Shown: one piece after another, positions 9,638-15,048 of the stretch
Position numbering within the stretch: position 1 is the first letter of the stretch
Layout: each line of letters begins with the position of its first letter
Source of the DNA: Octopus sinensis
Taxonomy: Eukaryota
NCBI RefSeq assembly: GCF_006345805.1
Contig: NW_021825517.1
Location: 1 to 15,048, forward strand
DNA: 15,048 nucleotides
Direction: 5' to 3'
Translations under genes and position numbers: made by a program
The notes under the pieces: generated by a model
Databases searched by the model: none
What the model was told of the DNA's origin: nothing
The model's input: only the letters and a program-made list of their open reading frames with translations

Positions 9638-10856
9638 TCATCATCATCATCGTTTAGCGTCCGCTTTCCATGCTAGCATGGGTTGGACGGTTCAACTGGG
9701 GTCTGGGAAGCCAAAAGGCTGCACCGGCCCAGTCTAATCTGGCAATGTTTCTACGGTTGGATGCCCTTCCTAACGCTAACCACTCCATGAGTGTAGTGGG
9801 TGCTTTTTACGGGCCACCAGCACAAGACCAGTTGGGGCGGCGCTGGCAATGGCCACATTCGGATGGTTCTCTTACGTACCACCGGCACTGGTATCACAAA
9901 TTCCATTGATGTTGATCGATTTCGATTTTCACTTGCCTCAACAGGTCTTCACAAGTAGAGTTTTGTGTCCCAAGATGGAAAGGTATGCATAAGTTGACTG
10001 GCTACATCCCATGTAGAGGCCATGGGTTATGGTCTCACTTGTCCTGCCGGGTCTTCTCACGCACAGCATACTTCCAAAGGTCTTGGTCTCTAGTCATTTA
10101 CTCGGTGAGACCTAAAGTTCAAAGGTCGTACTTCACCACCTCGTCCCAGGTTTTCCTGTGTCTGCCTCTTCCACAGGTTCCCTCAACCGCTAAGGTGTGG
10201 CACTTTTTCACACAACTATCTTCAGCCATTCTCGCCACATGACCATACCAGCGCAAACGTCTCTCTTGCAAACCACAACTGATGCTTCTTAGGTCCAGCT
10301 TTCCTCTCAAGGTACTTATACTCTGTCGAGTATGAACACTGACTTTACACATCCATCGGAGCATACTGGCTTCATTTCTTGCGAGCTTACGCATATCCTC
10401 AGCAGTCACGGCCCATGTTTCACTGCTATGTAGCATGGCTGTTTGTACACATGCGTCATACAGTCTGCCTTTTACTCTGAGCGAGAGGCCTTTTGTCACC
10501 AGCAGAGGTAAGAGCTCTCTGGACTTTGCCCAAGCTATTCTTACTCTAGCAGTTGCGCTTTCAGCACACCCGCCCCCGCTACTGACTTGGTCACCTAGGT
10601 AACTGAAGCTATCAACTATTTCTAGTTTTTCTCCCTGGAATGTGGCAAGGTTGGTCTCTGCGTATTTTCAGTGTTTATTGCTCCTGAGCATCTGCCACAT
10701 ACAAAAATTATCTTCCTAGTTAGCCTTCCTTTGACATTGCTGCACCTCTTATGTGTCCATAGCTTACACTTGGTGCATCTTATAGAGTTTCTACCTACAC
10801 CTTTTCTACAGATCGAGCAGGGCCATTTACCTGAAGGCGTTTGTGATTTGTCTACC
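9636..10856 (-). mobile_element. 5'-truncated RTE-type LINE with (GAT)n 3' tail
   Basis: Minus-strand peptides ..VDSFSYLGD..ARVRIAWAK..LYDACVQTAMLHSSETW..RRLRWYGHVAR..GRGRHRKTW, typical of the RTE C-terminus. 3' UTR with plus-strand ggatgcccttcc motif; (cat)n at 9636-9651. Confidence 0.88.
10035..10856 (-). pseudogene. RTE ORF C-terminal part including a PHD-like Cys/His finger
   Basis: ORF 10622-10900 (WPCSIC..SIRCTKCKLWTHKRC..FVCGRC) and ORF 10119-10499; the frame continues through premature stops to TGA at 10035-10037. Confidence 0.82.
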
Positions 10857-10922
10857 CATATTTTTCCCAAACTTCTCAAACCTGCTATAATGTAATACAT
10901 GTCTTTGGTGTGGTAATTGTGC

Positions 10923-11009
10923 GCGGCTGAAGAAAGCTATTGACATACATGTTACATCAATTATGCATTGATATAAACTTTCCAATAAAGCCAGAAACAT
11001 ATGTACCGC
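10923..11009 (+). ncRNA. Type I hammerhead ribozyme fold with intact core and long stem II insertion
   Basis: GCGG-CTGAAGA-(60 nt)-GAAAC-ATAT-GTA-CCGC. Helix I GCGG/CCGC, palindromic ACATATGT helix III, GUA triplet with predicted cleavage after 11005. Confidence 0.72.
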
Positions 11010-11084
11010 TAAATCCTTTACATCCTGTTTTTCTTTTGATAAATATACCCTATCACCTACACCACTAACTGGCATATGGCAAAT

Positions 11085-11130
11085 GGCGGTGCCCCAGCAT
11101 GGCCACAGCTCATAAGCTGAAACTAGAATC
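11085..11130 (+). mobile_element. Isolated CR1-like LINE/SINE 3' tail
   Basis: ggcggtgccccagcatggccacagctcataagctgaaac matches the LINE end at 12123-12160 and the SINE end at 13290-13327(-). Confidence 0.8.
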
Positions 11131-11175
11131 AATCATATACAGTGTTTACAGTTATCAAGTAATCACCCTGAATTT

Positions 11176-11217
11176 TATATATATTATAATATATATATAT
11201 ATATATATACTATATAT

Positions 11218-11267
<50 letters not shown>

Positions 11268-11290
11268 TATATATATATGCATATATATAT
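11176..11290. repeat. Imperfect (TA)n microsatellite
   Basis: Direct reading. Confidence 0.95.
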
Positions 11291-11596
11291 GGATATTTAA
11301 CCCTACAGTCTCTTATGTGGTCGTTTAATAAAGTATGTGATTGAGTATTATCTGGTAATTGATATTTGATTTAGATGTATTTCTCCATTTTCTTATCTTG
11401 TATTAGTAATTTGTGTTAAATCATTTTACCTTTGCCCATATAATACAGTAAATGAATTAATTGCATTGCAATCATTAACATTTATGTATTAATTTTGTTG
11501 GGTACTTCACTAGCAGTATATTGGATATATGTTATCCCATGGAGGGTTGCATTTACAACCCCTATCTCAATTTGTATATATATATATATATATATA

Positions 11597-12172
11597 GTTC
11601 ACAGCTATGGTCACCCACCAGTGTGAAATTAACAGCGGACCTTGAAGCAATCCAGAGAAGATTCACAAAGAAGATCGTCTCTTTGCAACAGCTCAGCTAC
11701 TGGGAAAGGTTGAAACAGCTAAGACTCTACTCCCTGGAGAGAAGACGGGAGAGGTATGCAGTAATATATGTCTGGAAGATCCTGGAAGGAATTGTGCCAA
11801 ATTTTGGCACTGTAAGCAACGGGACGACACTGCATAGTGCCAAAGATCCAAGCAATGCCATCACGCTTCAGGACCAGCTACTGCAACAGCCTGGGTTTCA
11901 ATGGACCACAGATTTTTAATATTCTCCCAAAGAGTCTGAGGAACTTGCACAAAGTAAATGTAGCGGTTTTCAAATCAAAGCTGGACAGTTTCCTGTTGAG
12001 AGTCCCAGATGAACCTACCTCACGGTAAGAGGTACAAATGAGGGTAGATATATCAAACTCCATTCTTCACCAAGTGCCACATATTAGAGGAGACTCTTAG
12101 TAATAACAGTGTAGCACAAAACGGCGGTGCAATAGCATGGCCACAGCTCTGAGCTGAAACACGAAAAACGAA
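11597..12172 (+). mobile_element. 3' fragment of a CR1-group LINE (related to 1-2868) including 3' UTR and terminus
   Basis: SQLWSPTSVKL..LSYWERLKQLRLYSLERRRERY..GPQIFNILPKSLRN..FKSKLDSFL..VPDEP, homologous to ORF 55-345(-). Ends in the conserved tail. Confidence 0.92.
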
Positions 12173-12175
12173 TGT

Positions 12176-12681
12176 TTATATATATATACAGTTATATATA
12201 TATATTTATATATATGTTTAAATATATATATATATACATGTTTATATATATATATATATAAAGTTATACATATATATTTATATATATGTTTATATATATA
12301 TACACACACACATATATATATATACACACATTATATATATATACATACATACATTATATATATATATACATATATATATATATACATTATATATATATAT
12401 GTATTTATACATTGTAATATATATATATGTATTATACATTATATATATATATGTATATATATATATGTATATATATGATATAAATATATATGTATATATA
12501 TATGTGTGTATATATATTATATATATGTATATAAATATATATGTATATAGATATGTGTGTAATATATATGTGTATATATATATATGTGTATTATATATAT
12601 GTGTATATATATATGTGTTATATATATATATTTATCTATATATATAATATATATATTATTGTATATATATCATAATATATG

Positions 12682-12721
<40 letters not shown>

Positions 12722-12798
12722 TTGTGTATATATATATATATATGCATATATGTGTGTATATCTATATATGTATGTATATCTATATATACATATATGTA

Positions 12799-12829
<31 letters not shown>

Positions 12830-13054
12830 TTGTATATATATATTATATATATATATAATCGATATGTGTATATATATACATATATGTATATATAATATAC
12901 ATATATGTATGTGTAGATATCTATATATATACATATAATATATACTATATATATGTGTATATATATATATACATATAGATGTGTATATATATATATATAC
13001 ATATATATATGTGTATATATATACATATATGTATATATATATATACTATATGTA

Positions 13055-13090
<36 letters not shown>

Positions 13091-13269
13091 CATAATATAT
13101 GTGTATATATATATACATATATATGTGTATATATATATATATACATATATTGTGTATATATATATATATACATATATATGTGTATATATATATATATATA
13201 CATATTTATATATGTATATATATATATATATATACATATTTATATAGTATATATATATATTATGTATAT
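12176..13269. repeat. ~1.1-kb degenerate (TA)n/(TATG)n low-complexity array
   Basis: Direct reading. Confidence 0.97.
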
Positions 13270-13271
13270 CT

Positions 13272-13635
13272 CTCTTTACTCTTTTACTTGTTTCAGTAAT
13301 TTGACTGCGGCCATGCGGAGCACCACCTTTTATTACTTATTCTATCGGTCTCTTTTTGCCGAACCGCTAAGTGACGGAGACCTAAACCACACCAGCATCG
13401 GTTGTCAAGCAATGCTAGGGGGACAAACACAGACCACACAAACACACACACATACCATATATATACATATATACGACAGGCTTCTTTCAGTTTCCGTCTA
13501 CCAAATCCACTCACAAGGCATTGGTCGGCCCGGGGCTATAGCAGAAGACACTTGCCCAAGATGTCACGCAGTGGGACTGAACCGCAACCGTGTGGTTGGT
13601 TAGCAAGCTACTTACCACACAGCCACTCCTGCGCC
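13272..13635 (-). mobile_element. tRNA-derived SINE (resembles octopus-type SINEs) with internal microsatellite and LINE-derived 3' tail
   Basis: Minus strand begins GGCGCAGGAG-TGGCTGTGTGG (A box, 13615-13625) .. GGTTCAGTCCC (B box, 13573-13583). Ends GGTGGTGCTCCGCATGGCCGCAGTCAAATTACTGAAAC followed by short gtaaaaga repeats. Confidence 0.88.
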
Positions 13636-13749
13636 TATATATATATATATATATGTATATGTATATATATGTAATTATGTATATATATATATATGTATAT
13701 GTATATATATATATGTATATATATATGTATATGGGGTATATATATAATG

Positions 13750-13837
<88 letters not shown>

Positions 13838-13838
13838 A

Positions 13839-13880
<42 letters not shown>

Positions 13881-13974
13881 ATATATATATATATATATGT
13901 AATATATATATGTATATATATATATATATGTATCATATATATTATGTATATATATATATATATATATATATGTA

Positions 13975-14006
<32 letters not shown>

Positions 14007-14048
14007 GTATATATATATTATATATATGTATATATATATATATATATA
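13636..14048. repeat. Degenerate (TA)n array
   Basis: Direct reading. Confidence 0.97.
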
Positions 14049-14050
14049 AC

Positions 14051-14452
14051 ATAATAAATCTCTGAGCGAGATATAGACAGTAACTGCTCTATAACATAAG
14101 GGGGATCAGCCATCTGAATGTGGCTAGGGACAGGCGGGGTGGTGGGTGTGTTACTGATGCATTTAGCCCCAGGCGATCCATCAACGTCACCAGAAGGGCT
14201 GACACCATCTCGGTGTCCTTGCCAGCCTGCAAAGGGAGATCAGCCTCCCCGAGATACGGATACTACATACAGACCGGTTTCGAGGTTATTGCCTCTTGTC
14301 ACGCATGGCAAGTACCGTTCTTCGTTGAGGGACTTCCTCTACAGGCTGGATATATAGGGATTTTCACAGTAACCACAGTCCACTGGCGTAGAAAATCCGT
14401 TCGAAAACAATAATAAATCTCTGAGGCGAGATATAGACAGTAACTGCTCTAT
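14051..14452 (-). mobile_element. Candidate non-LTR retrozyme: ~360-nt non-coding structured unit with 42-bp terminal direct repeat and internal hammerhead
   Basis: Direct repeats 14051-14092 and 14410-14452 (one 1-nt indel, period 359-360). Multiple stems; hammerhead fold at 14256-14318; no recognisable protein. Confidence 0.72.
14256..14318 (-). ncRNA. Extended type I hammerhead ribozyme, core apparently mutated in this copy
   Basis: Minus strand: ACGGTACT-TGC-CATGCG-TGACAA-GAGG(CAATAA)CCTC-GAAAC-CG-GTC-TGTATG-T-AGTATCCGT. GUC triplet; predicted cleavage between 14272 and 14271. Confidence 0.78.
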
Positions 14453-15048
14453 TTTCCATAATGTTAATGTGATGCCGCCGACAATGATCTCGGATCACAC
14501 ATAATAGAGCTGTCTATGTATGGAACAAAAGCCCCCGTAGACACACAGCCTATACGAAGCACCCCCACTCTCCAACTTAAACTTTCATAAAGCCAACTGG
14601 AAGTTGATTGAGAAAGAGATCCTCAAACAGGATTGGCCTGAATGTCTCTCCACACCGGACATAAACATGAAACCAAACACTTCATGTCCATAATACAAGC
14701 CATATGTGACAAATATGTCCCAGTGTGCAGGGCCAGTACACACAAGAACAAAAAGAGGATCCTAGAGAAAGGAGGATTCTTATGAGACGACGGGCAAAAT
14801 TGCAACCGCCTGAGCAGCACACCAGAAGTGGTGAGAAGTCTCGGCTCGAAAGAATGCTAATGGAAACTGAGAAAAGTCTACATCCCATGAAAAGGAGAGA
14901 GCAGATAAAGAAGCTTGGGTAATATAAAATATAAAATCAAACCTAAAGCTTTCTTTCAGTTTGCCAAAGAGACAGCCACAGTGCACCAGAGAATAGGACC
15001 TCTCTTCCAAAAATGGCTCTCTCACAGGAAATCTCACGAGGATAAGTG
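14453..15048 (+). mobile_element. Internal fragment of a CR1-group LINE (end of APE and linker), runs off the window end
   Basis: Homologous to ~1070-1680(-): ..ISDH..LNFHKANWKLIEKEIL..ERRILMRRRAK..NIKSNLKAFFQFAKETATVH..IGPL; many frameshifts. Confidence 0.88.

Noticed and set aside
11540-11575. Hairpin gggttg..caaccc near a TA boundary as a Helitron 3' end or terminator
   Set aside because: No CTRR terminus follows and there is no other Helitron evidence; intrinsic terminators do not apply in this eukaryotic context.
13560-13635. tRNA gene
   Set aside because: A and B boxes are present but there is no full cloverleaf, and it continues into a SINE body.
12097-14054. Many Y/I/M/C-rich ORFs on both strands
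   Set aside because: Translation artefacts of (TA)n/(TATG)n arrays, which lack stop codons.
14118-14413. Short ORFs within the 360-nt unit, and a second plus-strand hammerhead at ctgatgc (~14154)
   Set aside because: The ORFs have no recognisable motifs; ctgatgc lacks A9 and has no matching GAAA or helix III.
14051-14452. CRISPR array or LTR pair
   Set aside because: Only two repeats with a ~317-nt interval, no cas genes, no TG..CA ends, PBS or PPT.

Overview
Eukaryotic, AT-rich, gene-free region built almost entirely of decayed retroelements separated by (TA)n/(CA)n microsatellites. The SINE and LINE types suggest an octopus/cephalopod genome (inference). Contents: three fragments of a CR1-group LINE family (1-2868 minus, 11597-12172 plus, 14453-15048 plus); two Penelope-like elements (PLEs) with RT, Cys-rich linker and C-terminal GIY-YIG endonuclease (Neptune-like; 2869-6460 and 6900-8665); a 5'-truncated RTE-type LINE with a PHD-like finger (9636-10856 minus); and a tRNA-derived SINE (13272-13635 minus) that shares its 3' tail with the CR1-like LINE. 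The most interesting signals are non-coding. There are three hammerhead-ribozyme folds: (i) 7014-7058 minus, a minimal fold with a compensatory U3-A8 core in an inverted PLE terminal repeat; (ii) 10923-11009 plus, with an intact core and a long stem II; (iii) 14256-14318 minus, an extended type I fold inside a structured ~360-nt unit with 42-bp terminal direct repeats, i.e. a candidate retrozyme/circular-RNA-derived element. There is also an HIV-like T TTT TTA GGG slippery site placed in the geometry for a -1 shift into the first PLE's RT frame, and a 233-bp inverted duplication inside that RT. All structures were found by eye; nothing was folded or searched computationally.
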